A stretch of 62,838 nucleotides of DNA, counting the filler, from Choristocarpus tenellus KU-1152 (taxonomy: Eukaryota > Protista > Phaeophyceae): NCBI GenBank assembly GCA_964200185.2. It is 10 parts of 10 records of this genome, joined end to end, with 100 filler letters (N's around TTAATTAATTAA, not from the genome) between each part and the next. Parts side by side here need not be neighbours in the genome. Positions count along the whole stretch, not along the records: positions 38,491 to 45,895 come from CAXNAD020006207.1; positions 45,996 to 50,067 come from CAXNAD020016373.1; positions 50,168 to 54,580 come from CAXNAD020014676.1; 7 more parts are not named here. One strand, 5' to 3'. Below the pieces are notes generated by a model, which saw only the letters and a program-made list of their open reading frames with translations, was not told where the DNA came from and made no database searches. Within the stretch, counting starts at the first letter, position 1. Each line of letters starts with the position of its first letter. Made by a program: the position numbers and the translations under genes. Below are positions 38,866 through 51,035 of the stretch, in pieces.

Positions 38866-40501
38866 TGGAAGCGCATTATCCAGAAATACGAACGCGATTT
38901 TGAATTGGCACATGACCGGCCCCCTGGATTAAGTGACAAGGAGGTACGAGCCCAAACTCGGCTGTTCAGAAAGGTAGCCTTAGTAAAGAGTGAATAAATA
39001 CTGCTTCATGCATCCAGATGTGTGTGTGTGTGTGTGTGTGTGTTTGTATTTGTGTTTTTAATTGTTTTGTGCGCATGTAAGTGCCTCAGAGGAACTGAGT
39101 TGCCGAGTCAGCTTCATTTATTCCCATCCTACTTTCCTGAAGTGAATAAATAGCAGTGATCACCGTCAAATTTAAAAGTGGGATATGCATGGAGATGAAA
39201 TGGACAGGGATACAGCAAGTACTCTTAGATTTCCTCTGCTGCAAACCATGTCTGCCTCTTGTTCCCTTATCTGTTAGAAACATTTTGTGCACCCTAGAAG
39301 TTTTGTCAAATCATCTCACACACCTTTTCATCCCTCCAGGATCATAGTGACTGGTATATGGCCTACAAGCGCCTGCACTTCACCATGGATGGATTACAGA
39401 CTTCCCTCGTTGATACCATGCCCTCTGGCCATGCCTTTGAGCTGGGGAGGCTCTCTGGGAGGGGCGGTCGTAGCGACTGGCAAGCTGAGGCAAAGAGAGT
39501 AGCAACACTAACTTTGGCAACTGAGCAGCTGCTTCTGGAGGAGGGGAAGCTACAAAGAGGGGCTGCAGCCGAGAAGGAAGATGCCGAGGCATGCCGGAAG
39601 GTGAGGAGGCGGTACTAAGCAAGTAACCACGCCCATGCTTTTGGTCCAGCTTCTGCCTGTGCTGTATGTTTGATTCCAGCTGACACTTGATAAAAAAAAA
39701 CTCCAAGACATAATACTTACATAACAATTATTCAGAGTAGGTCTCCTACACTGCCCTATCTCTACTACAACAGAAACATAATTTGGGAAAAAGGGAATTC
39801 ACTGTATTCATGCCTGTACTTTTTTCGGAGGGGGGGCACCCCTTGCACCCTCCATGGATAACCAGTAAGAAGAAAAGTGCTCTGACGTACTTGCTGCAAG
39901 CCATTTGTGGGCTAGTGGGTGGCAGTAGATATTAAAATGCTGAATTCAACGTTTAATTCCAATTGTTGAGGGACGAATTGTTTGACTCAACATGTCTTGT
40001 GAGCTTTGTGATTTCCATAATAGTTGCAGCATATATTTTATAGCAGAACAAGAAGTTCCCGGAAATATTCCAAGATCGTGGTTTGGGGGACATGGCACAG
40101 AAAGCTTCAGGGACACCAATAGAATATCTTCTGCATCACATCGAGTCAGCAGTAGCATGTCTTCATTGCTAATGCCAGTAGTATTATTGATACTAGCATC
40201 ACCTGTCAATTGTGATGCTGCCTTGGTTCCTACAAGTATACCTCAAAGAAGTAAGATGTGATCATATATATTCCCATGTCAAAAATCACAATAAAACTAA
40301 CAACAAACTGGTGCATATTTTCCTCATTGACTATTCAACATTGTACATTGTGGTAAGGAGTGGAAGCGGGTAATCCGCAGATGGGAAGCTGAATTCGAGG
40401 CCAGGAGTGGAAGACCACCAGAGGTGACTGACAAGCAGCAAGTGAAGAGCTATTATGATAATTACAGGCGTCTGCAGGGTCTCCTCCAGTTCTACAACTA
40501 G
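38866..40501 (+). CDS. 3' exons (about 38866-38943, 39340-39600, 40358-40501) of a protein with two FAM13/Sld2-N-like helical motifs
   Basis: Phase-0 GT-AG joins give WKRIIQKYERDFELAHDRPPGLSDKE|DHSDWYMAYKRL...CRK|EWKRVIRRWEAEFEARSGRPPEVTDKQQVKSYYDNYRRLQGLLQFYN*. The acceptor of the first exon is uncertain. Confidence 0.75.
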
Positions 40502-40685
40502 CTAAGCATTATTGAGTGATCTGAGATCTTGAACTGTAGGTAGAGGTTGGTCAAGCTGATTCTATGCAAGCAGAGCTCTGAAGTGGAAAATGATTATTGC
40601 AGAGACTTGAGGCTATGCACATTGAGCTGCAGAGGGAATAGAAACATGAACATCTTTGTGTGTTTCAGTGAGAGCAATTAATTCA

Positions 40686-40866
40686 GGCTCAAAGTATCTG
40701 GGAGGGGGGTTTGGCTGTCCATTTGGGGTCAATTTTTTCATATCGTGATTTTTGGGTGATTTGGTTGCCATACGTCGAATGGATAATGCAAATGCACTTT
40801 TCCCGATTTTGGTCCAAATGGACACCCTTGTGTAGACCCCCCCCACCCCCCCAGATACTTTGGGTC
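40686..40866. mobile_element. MITE family A, full copy, TSD TTCA
   Basis: GGCTCAAAGTATCTGGG ... CCCAGATACTTTGGGTC; TTCA on both flanks. Confidence 0.92.
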
Positions 40867-41449
40867 TTCACCACAACACCCGTTGCCCTTTTGTTGTTAG
40901 GAAATAGTAAGAACCAAAGTAGGACTGGAGCAGCATAGCAGAACAAACCAGTGGAGTCACCTACCTGAAGTTTCGACAAAATGTCATAGCAAGTACAGGC
41001 ATTTCCCCCTGGTACCTCTGCAATCTGATCCAGTTTGCAATTGAAGGATTGTTGAACTAGAACTACACGAATATGTGCATGGTGTGTGAGAGAGGAGTAT
41101 TTTAAAGGAAGAGGACTGGACCTTGGTCCCATCTCATGCACTCTGTAATACACCAGGATTGAGTCACCCCCCAACAAGGAAGGCAGGAAGTTGATATGCC
41201 AAGAATTGAAACCTGCAACAAGATTATCACTTGTATTCATGGCAATAAATCCAGGTTCAGGTACTGTTGTTGTACTGCCAGCATCAATCTCAAAAGGGAC
41301 TAGAAATAATTCATCATCCCAAACTAGTCTCTACATGCCAACAGCCATGTGCTCTCTGAGAGGCAGTCATCATGGTGCTGTGCACCTTGTGAGACGAGAT
41401 AGATAATAAAATCACCCTACACCTGTATTGCTAATAGGATTATAATAGA

Positions 41450-41700
41450 GAGCCAAAGCAACAAAGAGGGTAGGAATTTTTCCCTGTTTTTCCATTCGAG
41501 GCTTTACTTCCCACGGGTTTTTATTGCCCTTTTTCGGCTTTCTGTGTGAACACGGTTACATAATATATATACAACTATGAAAGGTGTGTCCGGAACAAGG
41601 ATATTGAAACTTGCTAAAAAACACAATAGCCAAAATTACGTCAAAATCGTAACATTGGATTTTGGACCCCAAACGGATGCAGTCCTACCCTCATAAATGA
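41450..41700. mobile_element. MITE family B, diverged copy
   Basis: Collinear with 29230-29488; right terminus eroded. Confidence 0.85.
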
Positions 41701-41904
41701 TCTTGAGTAGAGGTGTCAACAATGACTGGGATCCCACCTCTTGCTTTCCTTTTCCACCGTGATTCCAGGTTGGTACACTCTATCAACATCTTGTGCCTTC
41801 TATGCTTGCCATAGGGGTCAGGGCCTGTCCTTAAAATCCTGAAAAATGGCATTTTATATATTTCTTATGTGAATGTAGTGGTGGTTTCTTCAAGTAGTGG
41901 ATCA

Positions 41905-42150
41905 AAGTAAATGAGAGAGTTGTATTCTAAGGATGCTGACAAATATGTGCAAAACTTGGCTTTTAAAATTAATTTGGTAGAGGATATTTTCTGAATCGAG
42001 TCTAAATATTTCAAACAATAGAGAAATATACACTCTTAGGTCAAACTTAGAACTTCTTTGATAGAAATTTGGGAGAATAGGAAAGAGTGAAAACCAACTT
42101 AAATGCAAAGTGACCAAAATCTAGGTAACTCTTGTTTACTTCTGCTCAGT
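41905..42150 (+). repeat. Dispersed repeat D, copy 1
   Basis: Collinear with about 44640-44880 (ATATTTTCTGAATC...TTTCAAACAATA...GTCAAACTT...ATAGAAAT.TGGG...GCTCAGT). Confidence 0.65.
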
Positions 42151-44639
42151 GTGTACATTGATGGACAAACTGGCAGAGGTGTTAACCTCAAAGGGTCTAT
42201 CCTATATACTATGTTATTTTTTTTGTCACATCCAGAAAATCTGTATTATCCAGAATCACCCTCAGATACAACAAGCAGGGCTCTGGAGTATCTTCAATAC
42301 GAAAGTATTCCTTCTTATTAAGGTTTTTTATACTTGCTTAATGACCTGCCGTAGATATTTTATCAGCTGTTGGAGAGATGCACCCTAGTCATAATGATCT
42401 CCAAAAACATTTATGCATTTATCTTTCGCATGATGTTGCGTCACATTTAGGACCCTCCCATAACAAGGTCACCACCAACCGCAATTCATGCTTACTTGCA
42501 TGATTATACAGTTTCCCGTATTTTGCACTAGAGCCCTGCATTCACACGCCTATTCAGTCTACTGCAGTATACTCTGAACTATTGGATCATCTTTATGGTG
42601 ATAGCTAATCAAAAAAATATTGTAAATTCTCCAGTATGATATGCCCCCAAAGATTGCACCCAGTACTCAGTCATTTGCACCACCAAGAAATAAGGGCTCA
42701 GTACGATCGTGATGTGCTTAGACCATCCTCGGTACAGTAGTAGTCCTTTCTCACCGCTGGAATAAAAAGAATCTTAATTAGCTCCTAGAAGAGCAATGGT
42801 CACTGTGGGATAGGAAACGTGATCACACCCTTTCTGCATAATTGGAAGTAGATCTGGTCGCTTGATCAGGACAACACTACCCGCACTACATTGGAACAGT
42901 TTTACACTTCAACTCTGTCTATGCGTGTATGTGTACCTCCTTCAGCTACTGCAATTGCCGCAAGTGTGGATGTATGTGCGTGTGTGTCCATGTGTCAGGT
43001 TCCTGAAGGAGTTTCAGTTTGATATATGGAAAGTCCCTTCTCACTCACGTAGATGCAGCAGAGAATAGCAGCCTGTCGCTTCAGGGTTGAACCTTCTACT
43101 CCTGGCACAATTTACGAGTACCTACTGCGATACTTGGGACCACATCAGGGTGGGCCTGGTGTAGTCGCAAGTAAACAGGGCGTCTTTCCACCCACCCTTG
43201 GCAGTACATGTTTGGAGTCTCTTCTCGTATTTTGGGAATCCCTCCCCATCATCATCACCATTATACACGATAAACCTGGAGGGAAGTGGAATGAGGTGCT
43301 GCAGGTCCACTCTCACAGCCCTTCTATAAGTCCTGATCCTCCACGTTGCAGGCTCCTCCTCTTTATAAAAGTCTCCTTGACTTCCACCTCAACATCTTCT
43401 TCCTCCAAGTTCTCTCGAGGAACAACCACTTCAGTTGTTCTTGAGGCTTGTGCACGACCTCAGCTGTTGCTCTCGTATCCTCCGTACTCGCACTTCCGAT
43501 GGTAGACACCATTAGGACTCCGTCTATTACTTCTACTACTAGCTTGAGTTGTCAGCACACTTCAAAAGTATGCTACCTAGCATGTTAAAGAATGTGTAGG
43601 ATCCTAGGTCTTGATATTGAAATATGTAGATTAGTTCCTTCTCAGTTATGTTGTAGTAGGTAGAAAGTTGGAGTGAGAAACACCATCCAAGTTGGGGGGG
43701 TTGGTACACCTTTGACTCATCCCTGATCACTAATAACTCATCGCTCAATATGTCTTACTTGCTACATTCCTTTTCTATAATTATCTTGTCATACTGCAAT
43801 AACCTGGATATTGATATCTCGTTTATTCAACAGACAGATTACTATCAACTATCCAGTTATCCGACAATTCTCCAACAATTATCTAATTTCCAAGAACTGA
43901 TTGTTTCCTTATTAAGTGTTTTCCCAAATGAATTTTAAGCATAATCTTGACACCTACAGCTCCACTTATGTTTATAGACATGTATGTATATGTTTTGTGT
44001 ATTTCTGTACATAGAGGTGTATGAGAAGAGTTACCGTATAATATTCCACATCACTAAGGACAAGCTAGGTTGAAGGCACACAGGAGGGCAGCGGTGTAGC
44101 ATAGCTGGTAGTAAATAGTAAATAGATGACAGAAACATATCTTTCACATTTACGACAACTGCTACTTTTTGTTAGGGGTTCTGACATTTGAATGGTTTTT
44201 CATTGGCTTTCCCCCAGACACATCTACAAAATGTCCGAGGGTATAAGAGTAAAAAATATGAAAAATAAAAAAATACTAAGGACATTCGCATCGTGGACAA
44301 ACAGTACACTTTCGTAACACAGCATTAACACTCTGCGATAATATTTACCAAGTCTTACGTATGTTTTGTATGTTAGTGTGTTTCGTCTCAACTGTTATGT
44401 GTGTAACATATTGTTGAAAATTACGTTGTCTACAGTGTGGAATATTGTAGTACAATTGAGACATGTACAGATATTAATTAGAAGAAGAGCCACTAGATCT
44501 CTTCAAGTGAACTCCAGACTAGGACGCAATACTTCAATGTACTTGTGAAGTACTTCAAAGTAGGCGGTTGTAATCACTTACCCACTACTCGTAGCAATCA
44601 AATTGACCCGTGAGTCATAGTGAAAAAGAGGTACGTAGA

Positions 44640-44880
44640 GTTGCATTTCAAGGATGCTACAAATATGTACAAAATTCAGGTTTCTTACGAATATGCATAA
44701 TATATATAATATTTTCTGAATCCCGTCGAAAAGTTTCAAACAATATAGAATAAATGCTCTCGCGTCAAACTTTGAAATCTTCATCCATAGAAATATGGGT
44801 GAATTGCAAAAGATTGGAAAACATACTTAAGAAGCAATGCAGTCAAAACCTGATTACCTCTCGTTTATTTTGGCTCAGTA
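44640..44880 (+). repeat. Dispersed repeat D, copy 2
   Basis: Collinear with 41905-42150. Confidence 0.65.
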
Positions 44881-45895
44881 CAAATTTGGGAGGTGATCAC
44901 AATTGAAGCTCATTGGCGATATGCCTTCTTTGGTGCAAGCCATATCAGGGAAGTCCGGCAAATGCCTCATCGGACAGGCACACTACTACTACGGTACAGA
45001 GCCTCTTGTTGTACTTGTACGTATAGGAAGTGCTCTTTGTCTTCGGCTCCACTGAGCGAGTCCCTCTAACTTCAATTCATTCATTGGTCTACAGTCTGAA
45101 TCCTTGGATACCCTCCTTCCTTGAGTTCAGTAGGCATTGAGAGGAGAGCTGTGTCTGTCATAGTCTCCCTCCACTCAATATGGCTACCATTTCGCAGCCA
45201 ATCAAAATGGGCAGACAGATCAGACGAATTATACTGTGGGTAACCTAAATTTATAACTGGTTCAGGTTTGACAGGCACCGGAGTCTGTCCAAACCGAGGG
45301 ATTTGAGGGACTGGGACTATGGGGTCAAACGCTCTCCAATCCGTGAGCGAGAAAATTTCATTGAACTTTCGGAGTGGGTTTTTTTCTGAAGGAAAGGAAT
45401 GTAGGGGATCTCTGCTATATAGTATTTGTTCGCCATCAATTGTGCTACAGCCATACGTGCGGAACCCTCTGAGCCAAGAATAACTGTACTACGAAATATT
45501 TCTATTATGTGTAGTGATAATCATATTAAACACTTGTCTTCTAGCACAATCATAATTCCTGGTGATCCCACTCTCACTGCACGTAGTTACATGAATCACT
45601 TGTTTTTGGAAAACCCCCTCCCTTCCACCTCCCAAGAGCGCTACAGACCTCTGAAAGTGTATGTTGTTGTTTCCTACGACCTTCTTCCCCCTAGTTTCCA
45701 ATGCTGCTTGTTCCACCCCTTCCGATAATCTGTGCAGCGTAGAAACCCTCTACCACGTAAGGGAGGCATCCAGCTTTTCATTGGAGCCATACTATTATTT
45801 CTGCATTTCCTCATATTTCTAAATGGTTGTGTTACAGGCGAATAGAGCGAGTATTTCTTCTTATATTTCAACGAAGTGCAAACGTTTGTTACAGA

Positions 45896-45995
45896 NNNNN
45901 NNNNNNNNNNNNNNNNNNNNNNNNNNNNNNNNNNNNNNNTTAATTAATTAANNNNNNNNNNNNNNNNNNNNNNNNNNNNNNNNNNNNNNNNNNNN
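45896..45995. other. Artificial contig spacer
   Basis: 44 N + TTAATTAATTAA + 44 N. Confidence 0.98.
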
Positions 45996-48900
45996 GGGAG
46001 GAATGGCGGTGTGGGAGGCGGCCGCCAGAGCAATGCGCCCGATATTGTGCTTTCGATAGCTGATAGAATGATGGCCACGCAGAATAGTTGCATCTATTAC
46101 ACTCTCAGGGAAGACCTCAAGACGAAGGTAAGAAATGGTGTTGGCTGCACCAACCACCTTCAAGTCTCTTCACTACTGAGAAAGAACAACCAGACGAGCG
46201 AAGTATGAAGTTCGTAGACATTTCTGTGGGTAATGTAGCCGCCACGCATAGCCCACATGCTTGGAGGTGGCAAGATACTTCCATTGGAGTTGCTAACCTC
46301 GCCCCCTCATCCTCCCTCGTATTAACAGGTTAAGTCTATCGCTGATGAGAGTGAGTACGATTACCTCATCATCGAGTCCACAGGTATTTCGGACCCATTG
46401 CCTGTGGCCCAGGTCCTGTCGGGCGTTGGTCATGGCAAGGAAGAAGAGGGAAGTAGAGACGACTTTGGTGACCTAGCCAACTATGACGGGCAGACCTTTT
46501 CCTTCTCACTGGACACGCTGGTGACAGTCGTGGACTCGGCAAATTTCCTGGAGGAGGTGCGGAGAGCGGATGACTTGGGGGAGCGGGGATTGATAGTTGA
46601 GGAGGGTGACACACGGACCATTGCAGACCTACTCATAGCACAGGTTTGTGTTTGTGTTTTTGAATTTGGTGGGCTCAGTGTAAGTAAATGTTTGTGCCAG
46701 GTTGGGGGTGATGGTGAGGTGAGTTGAGACTTCAATGGTGGGTATGTGTGCAGGTTTTGAGATATTGTCATTTATGTTCCTAGAAAGCACTCCTTGGCAT
46801 CTTCCTACGTTGTGATACTTCTAACTCATCCCACACTCACTACAGATCCACACATGCAAGTACAATGAATCTACGCATCAAGTTCATCGTTGTGGAAGGA
46901 ACTGCTGCATTCCGTCTTTCCACCTTAGCCCTATGCACTTTTGTACTTGCACACCTTGGACTTTGCTATGCTGTCCAATTTGGTTTATCAGTTCCCTCTC
47001 GTTCTGGGACACTTTCATACATCAGTGTGGACCCAAAAAAATATATGAGAGTTACCATATTGTACACCTCTATGATATGTGTGTACATCAGGTTGAGTTT
47101 GCCAATGTCATCCTCCTGAACAAGGGTGATCTCATTTCCCTTGCGGATATGGATACTCTGGAGGCTCTTGTACGAAGGCTAAACCCCAATGCAAGGGTCA
47201 TGAGGACAACGAGGGCAAGCTTAGCAATGGATGAAGTGGTAGGGACAGGGTTGTTTGATCTTGAGTGCACTGCAGAAGCTGCTGACTGGGTACAGGTGAG
47301 ATGCACTGTGCTTACATATGTCAAGGGATTATTGTGTGCAAGAGTGGAGATTAGGTGTTTGGGTGAGTCAGCTTGAGGTCGAAAGTTGAAGTCCGTTCCA
47401 ACCTGTGCAAACTTCATTCACACTTCAAAGATCGGGACACTACTGCAGTGGATACCAAGTGCTATTGAGATAAGACTGACTGGTCGCGCTGCACTGTGAA
47501 GTAATTGCCTTGGTCGATTGCACTATAATATTTATATAGTTCATGGTGAAGAACAAGTAATACTTCAGTGTTACCTGCCATACACTGACACCAACACTGA
47601 CTAGACCAATGGTTGCAGGTCTGCACCTACAAGTTTATCAGCTTGTACTAGTATGATACATATTAATGACCTGGGATTCTTTGAGGGAAACTGAAATGTG
47701 AAAACTATAGTTCACATTATGCAGTTATTTATCTTACAATAGTAGAGCATGATCATGTGTGAAGAGTACCTAAACCTATCAACATCAACTGATGCGAATA
47801 GTTTTTTTTGTGACTTTTAGGTGATGTCTGAGCAACTATGCACGAAGCACAATGATCTGACAGCTCAGAAAACATTATGCTTATGTGAGCCTATACTTAG
47901 GAATCGCTGTCATGTTTGAAAGCCATTACAGATTTACTCAGCATCCCTTGACGCTTTTCATCCAGCCCCCATGCAAAACAGTCTAAATTCAGTTTTCTCT
48001 GAGCAGCACAGTTAGCACTAGGCCCCTGAGATTATTGATATGCGATGTAGTACATGTTGATTGTGCAGGGAGTTTGTCCTGGCCATGTGTTGCCCTCTCC
48101 TGGGTGCAAAGGTCTCCCAAATTATCTAGCACCCCTAACCATCATCTATATCCACTTCCATAATGCACTGTCTATGACCTCAGGAACTCAATGAAGATAT
48201 TGTGGAAGATTCTGAGAAGTCCCATCACCACCATGATCATGATCGTGATCAAAATCATAGTCATGGTGGCAGTTCAGTTGGAAGCTTAGTAGGGGGAGAA
48301 TCGCTTGGGGTTGGCAGTTTCACATACCGGGCCAGACGCCCCTTCCACTCTGAACGCTTAATGGAGTTTGTTATGGACAACCTCCCAACTGTGCTTCGCT
48401 CGAAGGTGTGAATGTGTGTGTTTGTGCGCGCGCGCGCTTCCCCACTTCCTTTCATCCATAACTTCAAATTAAACACTTCTTACTCCCTTGAAACTACTGT
48501 GGTACACGTCCTTGTGAGCTTGCAGGGGTGCCCCTCTCTTCCCTTCCCAGGGTAATCCCCAAGGGTAGTCTGATAGTGCTTGGTAGGTAAAGCATAAAAC
48601 TAAATATATCTAAGTGGTCTGTTCCACTATCGTCAGACAGCACTTCCTGTGTCCTGCCCTCCTCCCCTCCTCATCACCAAAGGGATTTTTGTGGCTAGCC
48701 ACTCGCCACAACACAGCAGGTGTTTGGAATCAGGCAGGTGGGTCGTTTGCCATGGATTATGGAGGGGTATGGGAAGAAGAGAGTGGCGGTCAGGGAGATG
48801 CTGAGGGTGGTGGAGGGATACAAACAGTCCGTGAATCGCCAGGTCAAGACGCGACTGAGGGTACACAGAATGGAGGGAAGGGAAAGAGGGATGGGGATTG

Positions 48901-49159
48901 GGGAAAGAGACTCATTCGTGAGGATGATGAGAACTTTGACGACGCTTTTCACTATGGAGAACGCTGTAATGAGTTGGTTTTTATTGGCATTGGAATGGAT
49001 GAGACTAGTCTCAGAGCAAGACTTGACCTTGCACTGTTGACATCTGAAGAGATGGAGGGAGGGCCCCAGAAGTGGGACAGGATGACTGACCCCTTTCCGC
49101 CATGGTTGATGGAAGAGGACGGAGATTCTCTTGAGTGGGAGGATGACAAAGGTTTGTGA
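45996..49159 (+). CDS. CobW/COG0523 (G3E) metal-chaperone GTPase, 5'-truncated; exons <45996-46127, 46329-46643, 47092-47295, 48184-48405, 48683-49159
   Basis: All joins are phase-0 GT-AG. Motifs: QNSCIYYTLREDL, YDYLIIESTGISDPLPVAQ (Walker B), LDTLVTVVD, QVEFANVILLNKGD (NKxD), His-rich linker, SFTYRARRPFHSERL, VLRSK|GFLWLATR, ELVFIG, DPFPPW (CobW_C). Confidence 0.93.
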
Positions 49160-50067
49160 CGGCTGAGGTCTCCTTGCCAATGCATCGTTCTTTATAATAG
49201 GTAATAATTAGGCAGAAAGACAAAAAGGTTACCGGACCCATTGACATGTGTACGGCAGGTGTCCTGTATCACAGGTGTTTGAACAGCCGCTGCTACTACT
49301 GTATTCTCAGCACATTAGTGTTGATATTGGGGGGAGATAAAAGACAAAGGGGCTAAATAATGAGATAAGGGAATGCATTTCCTCTCGTACTTACTGCAGA
49401 CCCAACCACTACATGAGTTTTTTGGAGGCTGTTGATTAGGGGCATTGTCATTGTGCGGAAAAGGTATATTTGCCACTTTACTCTGTTGCACCATTAATAG
49501 TGAGAATGCTCACCTATTATACTTCGGTGTATGGTAAGGCTTACTCCACAAGTGATCTAGAGTATGGTGAAGTAGTTGAGTTTGCGGATCAATGAATCAA
49601 ATCTTATCACATCTCAGGATAATGCTTCATTTTCATGGTCATCTGTGCCCAGAGTAAAATTTGGGGGCAAAACTGCAGATAAGTACTCTGTACTCTTACT
49701 AACTCTGTGTCATAAGTCTGTGCTGCGTTGTCCATACCTTTTGAAGATGTTGATGGATTTCATTTCTGAAAGAAGATTTGGAATCATTGACGAATTTCTG
49801 GTTAGGGTCAGCTCTTTTTATTATTATTACTCCCCATCCATCACAATTTTATCAGCCACACAAAAAGTCTCCATGTCTACCTTCAGTGTGTTTTCAAGCT
49901 CACCAGACAATTGCCTCTTGTGTGCTCCACACTGAACTCATTCCCCCCTTTGCATCTAAGTACTTGATTGTACACCACAAAAAGGAGCTGCCAAGCCCTC
50001 TCAAGTGTGGTTTCATCATACTCCTCATACTGTTTCTTAATGACCTTCACCATCTCCTCGACAGACC

Positions 50068-50167
50068 NNNNNNNNNNNNNNNNNNNNNNNNNNNNNNNNN
50101 NNNNNNNNNNNTTAATTAATTAANNNNNNNNNNNNNNNNNNNNNNNNNNNNNNNNNNNNNNNNNNNN
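50068..50167. other. Artificial contig spacer
   Basis: 44 N + TTAATTAATTAA + 44 N. Confidence 0.98.
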
Positions 50168-50935
50168 ACGTGGGCGCGGAAGGGGAATGAGTGAAAGGGG
50201 TGGATACCGGGGGGGAAGGTAGGTCTTCACCAAGCACTGTTTGAATGTCTTTTACTTGCAAATGGTGATGGAGGATTTTTGGGGTCAAGATGTCTCATCC
50301 AGGGCTGTCCTCGTGTTGCTGTGGTTGGTACTGTAGAGTTATGTTTTGTTTACCACCAGCTTGTATCGTATGTCACAGGTCAAGTTTGTACCATGTGTGA
50401 ATCGTGTTGTTATGAGCCCTGGTGCTTGTAGACGGCTCCATGTATATTTGTTGCTTTTGATGTGAGTTCTGTGGCTGATGTCTAATAGCCAAGCCGGTTT
50501 GTTTTTGTGGGGGAGGTTGCTGGTGTGTGGATGAAATTGTTGAGAGGCTTTTGTTAAATGTTGTCTGTAGTGAAGGTGTGCTTGATGTGTGGAAAGAAAT
50601 GGATATTTCTACTACTCGATAGGGTAGGTGGTATGGTAGTGCACAAGTATTTATATTGCCACTAGTAGCCGTGTATTGTACAAGTAATGGAAGGCGTGTT
50701 GTTGCTTGTTTTATAGTTTTCAGCCTTCTGTTTTTGCAGGAGCGGTCCCATTGTGTATGCACTAAAAGTGTATACTCCAAAAGATTGGCCAATGAGATCC
50801 TTTATATGATTGAAATTTCATTCCCTTCATGTGTATGTATACCTTTGCTCGATTTCCACACACACTGCCAATGATAGTATGTGCCTGTTGCTGGTGCTCA
50901 CTTGTGTACTCTCAACCGCAATGTTGTGTTGACAG

Positions 50936-51035
50936 GGGTGGCAGTGGAGGCTACAGGGGAGGTGGGGGCGGCAGCAGCTATCGTGGGGGTGGGAGTGGTG
51001 GCAGGAGTGGTGGCAGGGGAGGGGTGGACTGGTAG
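50936..51035 (+). CDS. Terminal RGG/Gly-rich exon, probably of an RNA-binding protein or DEAD-box helicase
   Basis: Acceptor TTGACAG, then GGSGGYRGGGGGSSYRGGGSGGRSGGRGGVDW*. Confidence 0.55.
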
